A stretch of DNA of 64,000 bases. It comes from Clostridia bacterium (GTDB lineage Bacteria; Bacillota; Clostridia; Oscillospirales; CAG-272). Position numbers and translations under genes: made by a program. The notes below the pieces were generated by a model that was given only the letters and a program-made list of their open reading frames with translations, was not told the DNA's origin and ran no database searches. How positions within the stretch are numbered: position 1 is the stretch's first letter; each line of letters opens with the position of its first letter. The stretch covers positions 3,858 through 67,857 of the forward strand of contig JAGASP010000068.1 of assembly GCA_017621695.1 (NCBI GenBank). The letters are read 5' to 3'. Positions 42,393 through 54,161 of the stretch are shown one piece after another.

Positions 42393-42902
42393 TTACCAAG
42401 TGATGTTGTTTTTCTTCTTGAATTTTCTGATCGTTCCCTTTTCAAGCCAACGCTTGAACCTGAAAAACAGATTCAGCTTGTCCTTGATGGGGGGCACGAT
42501 GATGACCTTGAGTCCTGCGGCGTTGCCTGCCCATGCATCGGTGAGGAGCTGATCGCCCAGCATCACCGTGTTGGTTCTGTCGGTGCCGAGATCCTTCATG
42601 GCGCGAAGGAGAGATTTTTTGAAGGGCTTGCCGCTCTTCCAGTAAGCGGGAACACCCAAATTGCGGTTGAAAAGCTCGATGCGCTCTTGCTCGTTGTTGG
42701 ATATGAAAGCGATGGTGATGCCCGCATCGGACAGAGATTTGATCCATGCCGAAAGCTTGTCGTCGGGCTCTGGCTGCTCGTACGGGGCAAGCGTGTTGTC
42801 CACGTCGGAGAGCACAGCCTTGACACCGAGGGAGACAAGGAAATCCGGGGTGATCTCGTCGTAGGTTTTGAACATATAGTGGGGCATCATCATGTTTTTC
42901 AT
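42393..42902 (-). CDS. yqeG: YqeG-family HAD-IIIA phosphatase
   Basis: AAGGAG plus 9 nt favours ATG 42902 (MKNMMMPHYMFKTYDEITPDF). Motifs are AVLSDVDNTL, FISNN and MLGDQLLTD. Confidence 0.8.
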   Translation of the reverse strand: MKNMMMPHYMFKTYDEITPDFLVSLGVKAVLSDVDNTLAPYEQPEPDDKLSAWIKSLSDAGITIAFISNNEQERIELFNRNLGVPAYWKSGKPFKKSLLRAMKDLGTDRTNTVMLGDQLLTDAWAGNAAGLKVIIVPPIKDKLNLFFRFKRWLEKGTIRKFKKKNNITW

Positions 42903-43040
42903 GGTCCGGGACTCCTTTGCATCTATCTTCTTATATTTTATCATATGACAGAAAATTACGCAAGAGCTTTTGATAATTTTGGGCGGGAAAGTTTGGGCGT
43001 AAAAAAGCACCTCCCGTGAGGGGAGGTGCTGATGGTAAAA

Positions 43041-44534
43041 TTACTTGTTGACCTTTCTCAGAATGTTGGTGATGGCTCTGTCAAAGCGTCTGGCGTTGGA
43101 AGCGTATTTGGAAGAGAAGTTGTCATTGTTTCCGTTAACGCACTCAGAGAAGAGGTTGGTAAAACCAAGCTCACTGAAGTAAATTGCCATATCGTAAATA
43201 CGGTTCTGGAAGATGATATCCAGCATCTCGGCAGAGTCAGGGTCGCGGACGTTACGGCTGGTCAGCATGGTGTCGTAGTACGCAGGCTTAACGAGCTTGG
43301 CAGAGAGCACGACGAAGGTTTCGAGAACCTCTGCGAACTGCTGCTTTTCAATCTCATCCGCAATGGAGGTGGGGATGCTCAGAGTAGAGCCGATGTCATG
43401 GGTCCAGGTGTTGTAATTTTCCTGTTCCTTGCTGTACTTGGGGATCGGAACAACGCCGTAGTCACCCTCCATGGTTTGGTTCAACGCACGGAGATAGCTG
43501 GCTGCCTCGCAGTAGAAGAGGGCGCGGCCTTCCACAAATACGTCTTTGGAAAGAGCTTCATTGCCTGCGGCGGCAACGTAAGACGCGTTATTATCGTGAA
43601 CGATGGTCTGTGCCAGTTCCAGAACCTGTGTGGCCTTTTCCATGCTGTTGCCAAGGGCAAGCTCGGGGAAGTCCTTGTCCCTGCTGTTAACAATGTACTG
43701 CAAGCCCGCACCGTAGAAGAAGGTGTTACCGATGGAGCCGGGGGAGGAGAAGCCGTAGGTATCGTTGTGATCCCATGTGCCGTCACCGTTTTCTGCGGAG
43801 GCGTTCTGGATGATGGAGTTGAAGTGCTCCAGAGTCCATTCCTTGTTTCTGACGGTGGTATAAGGATCGGGGATCTGTGCCTCCTGCTGCAGGGTCTTGT
43901 TGAACATCATAACGAAGGTTACGTCGTCGTCAACGATGTTGTGGGCGCCGTTCATGAAGAATACGTTGCCTTCCAACGCGAAATCCAGTGTACCGGGATC
44001 CCACCAGGGCTGCTCGTAATCAATGTCCATGCTCAGGTAGTTGTAAAGATAACCCGAAGTGGCCATGCTCGTGGTCGTGGATGCAGGTGCGGAGATCAGC
44101 GCAAAGTCGCCCGTATTGGTTTGCGTTTCGGCAATGACCTTGCCGTTGATGCTGGGGTTGGGGGTGGGGATCGGAACGATTGTGAGATGGCAACGCTCTT
44201 CAAGAAGCGTATTTCTCTCGTAAACTGCGTCGTTGATGACAGCGGCGCTGGTCTGGTCGGTGGCTTCCTTTTCGGCTTCAATTTCCTCGGAATAGCCGGC
44301 AATGTCGCTGACGTACAGGAAACCGAAGTCTCCGCCGCCCCAGTTGATGTCAGTCAGGGCTTCCAGCGCTTCGTCGATGGGACTTTGGGTAGCGCCCTCG
44401 GCAAGCGTTTCGCCGGTGCTCTTGCCTGTATCGTTGTCTTCGTCTTCATTTTCGGTGTTGACACCGCAGGCCGTAAAGACACCGAGAAGCATCAGGGAAG
44501 CAAGAAGCAGGCTCAGAATTTTACTGAATTTCAT
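43041..44534 (-). CDS. Large ABC-type solute-binding lipoprotein (family 1, carbohydrate-type), orphan
   Basis: 497 aa with lipoprotein signal MKFSKILSLLLASLMLLGVFTAC. No permease or ATPase genes are adjacent. Confidence 0.75.
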   Translation of the reverse strand: MKFSKILSLLLASLMLLGVFTACGVNTENEDEDNDTGKSTGETLAEGATQSPIDEALEALTDINWGGGDFGFLYVSDIAGYSEEIEAEKEATDQTSAAVINDAVYERNTLLEERCHLTIVPIPTPNPSINGKVIAETQTNTGDFALISAPASTTTSMATSGYLYNYLSMDIDYEQPWWDPGTLDFALEGNVFFMNGAHNIVDDDVTFVMMFNKTLQQEAQIPDPYTTVRNKEWTLEHFNSIIQNASAENGDGTWDHNDTYGFSSPGSIGNTFFYGAGLQYIVNSRDKDFPELALGNSMEKATQVLELAQTIVHDNNASYVAAAGNEALSKDVFVEGRALFYCEAASYLRALNQTMEGDYGVVPIPKYSKEQENYNTWTHDIGSTLSIPTSIADEIEKQQFAEVLETFVVLSAKLVKPAYYDTMLTSRNVRDPDSAEMLDIIFQNRIYDMAIYFSELGFTNLFSECVNGNNDNFSSKYASNARRFDRAITNILRKVNK

Positions 44535-44582
44535 GTTTTCCTCCTGTTAAATTATGTAAGATATGGGGAAATGCTATATTAT

Positions 44583-44611
44583 ATTATACAACACGGGGGT
44601 ATTTCTGTCAA
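44583..44611 (-). promoter_or_regulatory. Sigma-A promoter of the orphan binding-protein gene
   Basis: Minus strand reads TTGACA (44606-44611) - 17 nt - TATAAT (44583-44588), about 50 nt upstream of the ATG. Confidence 0.55.
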
Positions 44612-44620
44612 TAGACAGAG

Positions 44621-44652
44621 GTGGCCTTTGCCGAAAATTCAGCAAAGGCCAC
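44621..44652 (-). terminator. Hairpin after the CPBP/5-FCL/DJ-1 operon (terminator candidate without a clear U-run)
   Basis: GTGGCCTTTGC - 10 nt - GCAAAGGCCAC forms an 11-bp perfect stem. It is followed on the minus strand by CTCTGTCTATT. Confidence 0.35.
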
Positions 44653-44724
44653 AAGTGAAGATGAAAAAAATTATGCAAAGAGACAAGGGAACGGGGTTCG
44701 GGAAAGAGGTTTCGGTGCAAACGA

Positions 44725-45720
44725 TTAGCGAATGATGTGAAGCACCACGCCGAGCATCCAGAGAAGCAGAGCACCGACGGCGGGAGGATAGGTAAACGCG
44801 TGCAGAAGGGCAGAGGGCCATCCGCGCAGGGGGATGCGGTTGAGACCCGGTGTGGAGAGCGCCGCAGGATCATCTAAAAGATCTCTTGCGCCTCTGCGTT
44901 TGAGAATGCGGGAGACTTCGCCGCAGAAGAAGGCAGAGGACAAAAGAAGCAGGGAAATGAGCAGAATGACCAGAAGGCCGATGCTGCCCGTGCTGCGACA
45001 ATAGCCCGACAAGCCTGCCTGCAGGAAAATACCGAACAGGTTATAGCCCAGATGCACGATCATGGATGCGATGCCAGAGCGCGAGACGTATCTTACGGCC
45101 GCCAGCAAAACCCCTGCAAACAGATATACGGGCAGTGCGGTCAGGTCAAAGTGCAACAGCGCAAAAAACAGCGAGGACAGGAGGGAAGCATATAAGATCC
45201 CATGCTTTTCATACTCCGCACATAAAATGCTGCGGAAGATGAGCTCCTCGCAAAAAGCGGGAAGGATGCCGTAAGCGAGGATCAAACGAACGGTAGCACT
45301 CGCCGTGCCGTCGTGGATCGAGGAAAAGGTGTCGTAAAGGGTAAAGGAGGGCTGTGCATTCATCATGCCGCAGATCAAGCCCAGAAGCGTGCATCCGCTG
45401 ATGAGCATCAAGATGGCGGATAACAGTAAAAACAGATGCGAGAGGGAGGGAGGCTTGAGCGCGAGCTTTCCCTTGAGCGCATCTCCGCGCAGGCGGATGT
45501 AGAGATAAGCGGGAATGGGAAAGATCAGAAGCTGGAGCAAAACGGTGCTCAGATATTGGTTTTCCCGTGTCAAAAAGAACGTGTCGATCAAGCGGGACAA
45601 AAGCAACAGCGCGTAGATCGCGAAGATCAGCCACGCGGTGGGTTTGCTGACGGTATGCTCACCGTGCCAAAAGCTATGAAAACGCGCCTTGGCACTTGGG
45701 CGGTTGGCTTTATGCTCCAT
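44725..45720 (-). CDS. CPBP-family intramembrane glutamic endopeptidase (CAAX protease-like)
   Basis: 331 aa, multi-TM. Motifs are EELIFRSIL (EExxxR), FFALLHF (FxxxH) and HLGYNLF (HxxxN). Confidence 0.8.
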   Translation of the reverse strand: MEHKANRPSAKARFHSFWHGEHTVSKPTAWLIFAIYALLLLSRLIDTFFLTRENQYLSTVLLQLLIFPIPAYLYIRLRGDALKGKLALKPPSLSHLFLLLSAILMLISGCTLLGLICGMMNAQPSFTLYDTFSSIHDGTASATVRLILAYGILPAFCEELIFRSILCAEYEKHGILYASLLSSLFFALLHFDLTALPVYLFAGVLLAAVRYVSRSGIASMIVHLGYNLFGIFLQAGLSGYCRSTGSIGLLVILLISLLLLSSAFFCGEVSRILKRRGARDLLDDPAALSTPGLNRIPLRGWPSALLHAFTYPPAVGALLLWMLGVVLHIIR

Positions 45721-46318
45721 GTGTGGCGATCACCTTCCTTTCATCAATGACGTAATCCACGGGGACGTCGTGGGGGTCTGCGGGGAGCAAAGAGGGGCGG
45801 CAGGCCGAAAAGGCAAGACCTACCGTAATGGGACGCAAGCCCATGGCGAAAAGCGCGGCCAGATAGCGGTCATAGTAACCGCCGCCGTAGCCCAATCGGT
45901 AGCCTCTGTCATCGAAGGCAAGCCCCGGGACGATCATGAGCACGCGTTCACTTTCAAAATGCTTTGGCATCAGCTCGGGACAGCTTGCGGGCGGCTCGGA
46001 TATGCCAAAGCGTGCGGGACGCAACACATCGGGGGTGTAGCTATGCAAGCGGCGAAAGATCATGCGGCCTTCCTTTGCATCCGTTACCGTGACGGGAAGC
46101 GCGTAATCCTTGCCCCCGAAAGCAGCTTTTTCCCAGACGGGAGAAAGATCAAGCTCGCTTTTGGTGGCGATATAGCCGCAGACGAGGGTGGCCGATGCCC
46201 AGGCAGGGAGGGAGAACAGAAAATCCCGTATGGCGGCCTCGGCGTTTGCCCGCTCGGCCGGGGACAGCCCGTCTCGCAGCGCAGCATAATGGCGGCGCAG
46301 TTCTTGCTTGTCTGTCAT
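45710..46318 (-). CDS. 5-formyltetrahydrofolate cyclo-ligase
   Basis: 202 aa: MTDKQELRRHYAALRDGL ... GLAFDDRGYRLGYGGGYYDRYL. Confidence 0.88.
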   Translation of the reverse strand: MTDKQELRRHYAALRDGLSPAERANAEAAIRDFLFSLPAWASATLVCGYIATKSELDLSPVWEKAAFGGKDYALPVTVTDAKEGRMIFRRLHSYTPDVLRPARFGISEPPASCPELMPKHFESERVLMIVPGLAFDDRGYRLGYGGGYYDRYLAALFAMGLRPITVGLAFSACRPSLLPADPHDVPVDYVIDERKVIATHGA

Positions 46319-46321
46319 GTG

Positions 46322-46867
46322 TCACGCGAGGATCGCTTCGCGGATCTTTCCTGCCGTTTCGGGGTCTTTCAGAACGCTGATGAGCTCAAAGCCGAACTCT
46401 GCGGCGGCGCCCATGCCCACGGCGGTGATGATCTTTCCGTCGCGGATGACCCGTCCGCCGATCTCCAAAGCGCCGACAAGCTCGTCCTCGAAGCCGGGAT
46501 AACAAGTAGCGCGGCGACCCTTGAGGAGTCCTCTGCGCCCCAGAATCAAGGGAGCGGCACAGATGGCGGCAAGATAGGCGTTGCTTTCGGTTGCCGTGCG
46601 GATGGCGTATGCCACAGCGTCGGAGGCATCGAGGTTGAGCGTGCCGGGCATACCGCCGGGCAGGATGATCATGTCGGGCTTGTCATCCCGCAATGCAATA
46701 TAAGCAGTATCGGTCATGTCGGCCTCGACGGTAATACCGTGCGCACCCGTGACGGATTTTCCTCCGATACCCACGGTAGAGACCTCGAGCCCTGCGCGGC
46801 GCAGAAGATCCAGCGGGCAAAGTGCTTCGGTTTCCTCAAAGCCGGCGGCTAAAAACATATAGATCAT
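46322..46867 (-). CDS. DJ-1/PfpI (ThiJ) family protein
   Basis: AGGAGAT RBS plus ATG 46867 (MIYMFLAAGFEETEAL). The nucleophile elbow is AAICAAP. The ORF-track start at 46999 is an extension. Confidence 0.85.
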   Translation of the reverse strand: MIYMFLAAGFEETEALCPLDLLRRAGLEVSTVGIGGKSVTGAHGITVEADMTDTAYIALRDDKPDMIILPGGMPGTLNLDASDAVAYAIRTATESNAYLAAICAAPLILGRRGLLKGRRATCYPGFEDELVGALEIGGRVIRDGKIITAVGMGAAAEFGFELISVLKDPETAGKIREAILA

Positions 46868-47006
46868 GATTATCTCCTGAAGGGTGATTTTTTGCTCTTC
46901 ACGCAAGCGGATGATCCGCGCGGAGAAGCTGTTATCATTATACCATTCTTTCGGGTGCATTGCAAGGGCTTTTTGTAATTCTTTCACAGAAAAATACACT
47001 TTCCCC

Positions 47007-47035
47007 TTGCAATTTCGGGGTGAATGTGCTATAAT
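47007..47035 (+). promoter_or_regulatory. Sigma-A promoter of ftsK
   Basis: TTGCAA (47007-47012) - 17 nt - TATAAT (47030-47035) with a TGn extension. Confidence 0.55.
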
Positions 47036-47113
47036 GAATTATTATGATGCATGACTATGTCTTGCCGGGCGGATGAATTGTTTCCCGTTGGGCGATACGA
47101 GAAAGGATAACTT

Positions 47114-50158
<3,045 letters not shown>

Positions 50159-50165
50159 AAATCCA

Positions 50166-50203
50166 AGCGCGGAGGGAATTTTCCCTCCGCGCTATGTGTT
50201 TTT
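50166..50203 (+). terminator. Intrinsic terminator after ftsK
   Basis: AGCGCGGAGGG-AATTTT-CCCTCCGCGCT followed by ATGTGTTTTT. Confidence 0.6.
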
Positions 50204-50267
50204 GCCTAAAAAATCCGGAAATTATATGGTTATAGTGCCGAAATCGAAAACGGACAAGAGATTTTTC

Positions 50268-50296
50268 TTGACAATCCAATGACCGTGTGATATAAT
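50268..50296 (+). promoter_or_regulatory. Sigma-A promoter of the MoxR operon
   Basis: TTGACA (50268-50273) - 17 nt - TATAAT (50291-50296) with a TGn extension. Confidence 0.6.
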
Positions 50297-50338
50297 GAAG
50301 AAAAACAATACATTTCTGTCCATAAGGAGGAAACCCAT

Positions 50339-51292
50339 ATGAGCACGCAACATATTACCCAGACCCTCACCCAAAAGCTCACCGACAACATCAGCCTTGT
50401 CCTCTTCGGCAAGGAGGCCGTTATCAAGACCTTCCTCTGCGCCTTTTTCAGCGGCGGTCACGTCCTCTTGGAGGACGTCCCCGGTACGGGTAAGACCAGC
50501 CTGGTGCGCGCGCTGGCCGATTCCTTCGGCGGCGACTACAAGCGCGTGCAGTTCACTCCCGACCTGCTTCCCTCGGATATCACGGGTATCAACTATTACC
50601 GCCAGCATACGGGAGAATTCTCTCTCCGCAAGGGCCCCGTGTTTACCAACCTGTTTTTGGCCGACGAGATCAACCGCGCCACCCCCCGTACCCAATCCGC
50701 TCTTTTGGAGTGTATGGAGGAACGCCAGGTGACCATCGACGGCGAGACACTGCCCCTTTCCGACATTTTCATGGTCATGGCCACCATGAACCCCCTGGAG
50801 TTCCAGGGTACCTTCCCTCTGCCCGAGGCGCAGGTGGACAGATTCATGATGAAGCTGCATCTCGGCTATCCCGATCTGGCAGGGGAGACCCGCATCGTGG
50901 ATAAGATCTGCACGGGGGTCAAGGGAGAAGCGGTCAGTACCGTGGCGACCCTGGAGGATGTCCGCGCCGCCCGCGAAGAGATCAATGCCGTACATATCAG
51001 CCCCGACGTGGCGGATTATATGGTGCGCCTCGTCCGTTCGACCCGCGATCACGAGAAGATCAAGATGGGTGTCAGCCCCCGTGGCGTGGTTGCCCTGACC
51101 CGCGCGACCCGTGCGTGGGCGGCCATGCACGGCCGTGACCACGTCCTGCCCGATGACGTCAAGGATCTGGCCATCCCCCTGCTGGCCCACCGTATCATTA
51201 CCCGCACGGGCAGCAGCCTCCAGCTTTCCCAGTCGAGCGAGGCATTGATCGAATATCTTCTGACCAAGGTGCCCGTCGTCCTCGACAAGTAA
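50339..51292 (+). CDS. MoxR-family AAA+ ATPase
   Basis: 317 aa. Walker A is EDVPGTGKTS and Walker B is LADEINRATPRTQSALLECMEE. Confidence 0.9.
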   Translation: MSTQHITQTLTQKLTDNISLVLFGKEAVIKTFLCAFFSGGHVLLEDVPGTGKTSLVRALADSFGGDYKRVQFTPDLLPSDITGINYYRQHTGEFSLRKGPVFTNLFLADEINRATPRTQSALLECMEERQVTIDGETLPLSDIFMVMATMNPLEFQGTFPLPEAQVDRFMMKLHLGYPDLAGETRIVDKICTGVKGEAVSTVATLEDVRAAREEINAVHISPDVADYMVRLVRSTRDHEKIKMGVSPRGVVALTRATRAWAAMHGRDHVLPDDVKDLAIPLLAHRIITRTGSSLQLSQSSEALIEYLLTKVPVVLDK

Positions 51293-51309
51293 AATCCAAG
51301 GAGGACTCT

Positions 51310-52542
51310 ATGAGTTGGTTCGTCATTGCCTTTCTTCTGGCCTTCACAGCGGTGTATTTCCTGCAAAAGAAGCGCTGGCGCAAGGTCGTGGAAACCGATC
51401 TGTCTTACCGTTTTGAATTCAGCACCGACGAGGTCTTTGCCGGAGGCTATCTGTACCTCGACCAGGTGGTGATCAACAACGGCGAGCAAACGATTTCCTT
51501 TCTGAAAATGGAGACCCTGCTCCCACAGGGACTCAAGGTGATCTTGGCCGGCGAGGATGAAAAGGGAAGGGATGAGATCGTGCAATCCGTGCAGTCGGTA
51601 TTCCTTCTGCCGCCCCACGGGCAGGTCACGCGGCGTTGGCGCGTCGTGGCCGAGACCCGCGGGCATTATACGGCGCAGAGCGTGCAGGTGCACGTCATTT
51701 CCCATGATGCCGTGGGCATGAGCACATTTTCTACCCGAATGCAGCCCGAGGTATCCGCCAAGGATCACCTGACGGTGCTTCCTGTCGCCTCCGAGTGGCT
51801 CACCCAGATGGCGCTGGCTCCCTCCTTTGCGGGAGAGCGCACCACGTCCAAGGGACTTGTACAGGATCCCATGTCCATCTGCGGTGTCCGTGAGTATGAG
51901 CCCTTCGATCCTCTCAACACCGTGGATTGGAAGCAGACCGCCCGTCTTGGCCGCATGATGGTCAAGAAAATGGAGGTGCAGCAGAATGACAGCTATCATA
52001 TCGTTTTGAATATGCAGTCTGTCATCATTGAAAAGGATTTCCCGGAGATCAGCGCGCCCGCCTACATCGAGGACTGCATTTCCCTGTGCGCCTCTCTTCT
52101 GGACAGCGCCATTCGCCGCAATATCCCCGTCCGCCTCATGGCCAATACCGAGCCGAGCGAGCTCTTGGGCGGCGGCCGCGTCCACGACGGTGCGCTGGGC
52201 TGTCATATCTTTGCCAGCGAGCAGTTCACCGACAAAAGCTCGGTCATCGAGGCCTACCGCATTCTGGCCAAGCTCCCCATGAAGCTGTCTCTTCCCACAG
52301 AGCGGCTGTTGGAGGACATCATGGAAAACCCCCATCTCTATGCGCAGGGGGGAAACATCGTGTTCGTTACCGCCTTTCTGGATCAGCGCATGGTCAATTT
52401 CCACCGTGCTATGGCCGATCAGGGCGTCAACGTGATCTTCTACGTCATGACGTCGTATCAGAATGCGCTGACGTTGCCTCCCGAGGTAGAGGCATACTTC
52501 CGTCACAGTCAATGGAAGGGAGGCTTGGGTTATGCATCATAA
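51310..52542 (+). CDS. DUF58 domain-containing protein (MoxR-associated, VWA-like)
   Basis: 410 aa with an N-terminal TM helix. The DUF58 signature region is GVREYEPFDPLNTVDWKQTARLGRMMVKK. Confidence 0.85.
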   Translation: MSWFVIAFLLAFTAVYFLQKKRWRKVVETDLSYRFEFSTDEVFAGGYLYLDQVVINNGEQTISFLKMETLLPQGLKVILAGEDEKGRDEIVQSVQSVFLLPPHGQVTRRWRVVAETRGHYTAQSVQVHVISHDAVGMSTFSTRMQPEVSAKDHLTVLPVASEWLTQMALAPSFAGERTTSKGLVQDPMSICGVREYEPFDPLNTVDWKQTARLGRMMVKKMEVQQNDSYHIVLNMQSVIIEKDFPEISAPAYIEDCISLCASLLDSAIRRNIPVRLMANTEPSELLGGGRVHDGALGCHIFASEQFTDKSSVIEAYRILAKLPMKLSLPTERLLEDIMENPHLYAQGGNIVFVTAFLDQRMVNFHRAMADQGVNVIFYVMTSYQNALTLPPEVEAYFRHSQWKGGLGYAS

Positions 52543-54040
52543 AACAGTTCGTCCCGCCAAGCTCCGGAATAAGCGCACCGTGAAACGCTCGGTTTCCAAG
52601 CTGACGGGAGAGATCAGATCCAACGCGGTACAGCACAAAAAGCTCCCCTCTACCGACAAATGGCGCTTGCGTTGGCTGAAATTTTATAAGCTGCTCGCTT
52701 GCATTGCCATTTGCTCCATCGTCATGCCTTATTTTGAGGTGCTGGTGTCGGTGGGCGCGGGTACCTACGCGACTGTGTTTACATGGATCGCGTCGGCGCT
52801 TCTCTTTGCCGCGGGGTACGGGATCCACGCAGGTGTCCGACGCTTGTTCATCAAGCCCGGCTCGGAAGAGGAATTCAGCTTTTCCTTTGAGACCAAATGG
52901 GAGTTTTCTTCCCCGACAACCCTCATTCCCTCGCTTGTGCTTTGCGCACTGGTCTCTGTCGCGTTCAGCTTTGGTGCGGGGCAGATATTGCAGGTATTGC
53001 TTTACCCTTATTACAATGCCGAGGTGGGCTTCCCTCTCATGATGATGGCCTGTATCGTTGCCTCGGTGCTGGGCGCGTTGCTCGTGCCCTTCCAGTTCCA
53101 CCAGCTCTGCTCCCTGCGCACCCTGATCGAATGCCTCTTTGCCTTCGGTGTGCCCTTTGGAATTTTTACCTTTTGGGCCAACGGTGTCAATGTATTGTTC
53201 GCGACGTGCGTGTTGGTCTATGCGCTGTGCCTGTGTATCCTGATGAATCAGGAATACGTCATCAAGCCGTCCTACTCCTCCAAAACCTGCTATGCAACGC
53301 GCGAGCTTCGTATGCAGGGAATGTCGCAGGCGGTCACGCTGTGGCTGATGGCATTTTTGACAACGATCATGATCCTTGGCCTGTTGGCCGTACTGGTGAT
53401 CCCCATTCGCTTCTTTATGTACATCGACATGAATCAGGTGCTGGATTTCCCCTTGAAGGGAATGCCTGCGCTCAACGGCGGTATTTTCTTTCTTGGCGTG
53501 GTGACGATTGCCGTTCTTTCGGTGCTTGCCATCATTCGCTTTGTCCGCCCACGCAATCTTAAGTATTGGGAGAAGATTTTGCGTGAGGTCTGGGGCAGGA
53601 TCATGGGCTTTTTCTTCCGCTTGCAGTACAGACACGGCAAGAAGAAGTACGATGATATGGATTTCAAGGAGATCGTCGGAGAACGCCCCAAGAAAACCCA
53701 CTACGTAGATACCGTTACGCAGACCCAAACGGTCACTCGCGAGCTTCCGCTGGGTTACCGTGCGTTTCTCAAAGAGCTCCACGCGCAGGGGGATCTCAAT
53801 GGGCAGTACCGTTATGCGTACGAGGTGCTGATGACGGATCTGTATCACGCCCACATCGGTATTGCCAAATGCCAGACCCCGCTTGAAATGGCCGACGTTA
53901 TTCGCCGCAAGACCAACATCCGCGAGATGGATCGTCTGACCGAAACCTTTACGGCGGTCGTTTACGGCAAGGACGGTAAGGCTTCCCAAAGCGACGTGGA
54001 TGCTGTGTGCGGAATTTTGAGAGACAGATTAAAAGCGTGA
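52532..54040 (+). CDS. Multi-pass membrane protein with C-terminal DUF4129-like domain
   Basis: 502 aa with an 11-nt overlap with the DUF58 gene. About 9 TM helices. The C-terminal region YRYAYEVLMTDLYHAHIGIAKCQTPLEMADVIRRK ... TETFTAVVYGK is DUF4129-like. No transglutaminase Cys-His-Asp core is seen. Confidence 0.7.
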   Translation: MHHKTVRPAKLRNKRTVKRSVSKLTGEIRSNAVQHKKLPSTDKWRLRWLKFYKLLACIAICSIVMPYFEVLVSVGAGTYATVFTWIASALLFAAGYGIHAGVRRLFIKPGSEEEFSFSFETKWEFSSPTTLIPSLVLCALVSVAFSFGAGQILQVLLYPYYNAEVGFPLMMMACIVASVLGALLVPFQFHQLCSLRTLIECLFAFGVPFGIFTFWANGVNVLFATCVLVYALCLCILMNQEYVIKPSYSSKTCYATRELRMQGMSQAVTLWLMAFLTTIMILGLLAVLVIPIRFFMYIDMNQVLDFPLKGMPALNGGIFFLGVVTIAVLSVLAIIRFVRPRNLKYWEKILREVWGRIMGFFFRLQYRHGKKKYDDMDFKEIVGERPKKTHYVDTVTQTQTVTRELPLGYRAFLKELHAQGDLNGQYRYAYEVLMTDLYHAHIGIAKCQTPLEMADVIRRKTNIREMDRLTETFTAVVYGKDGKASQSDVDAVCGILRDRLKA

Positions 54041-54161
54041 TTTTGTTAACGGAAAGTTCATGAATTGACGGTTAATTTTAAACATGTGAGTGTTATAATA
54101 AAGATGCTACACCTTGTTGACATTATTAACAAGGCGAATCTTAGCAATAAGGAGAGAAAAA

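Noticed and set aside
43026-44735. 569-aa plus-strand ORF
   Set aside because: It is antisense to the solute-binding lipoprotein gene, which has a lipobox, an RBS and its own promoter.
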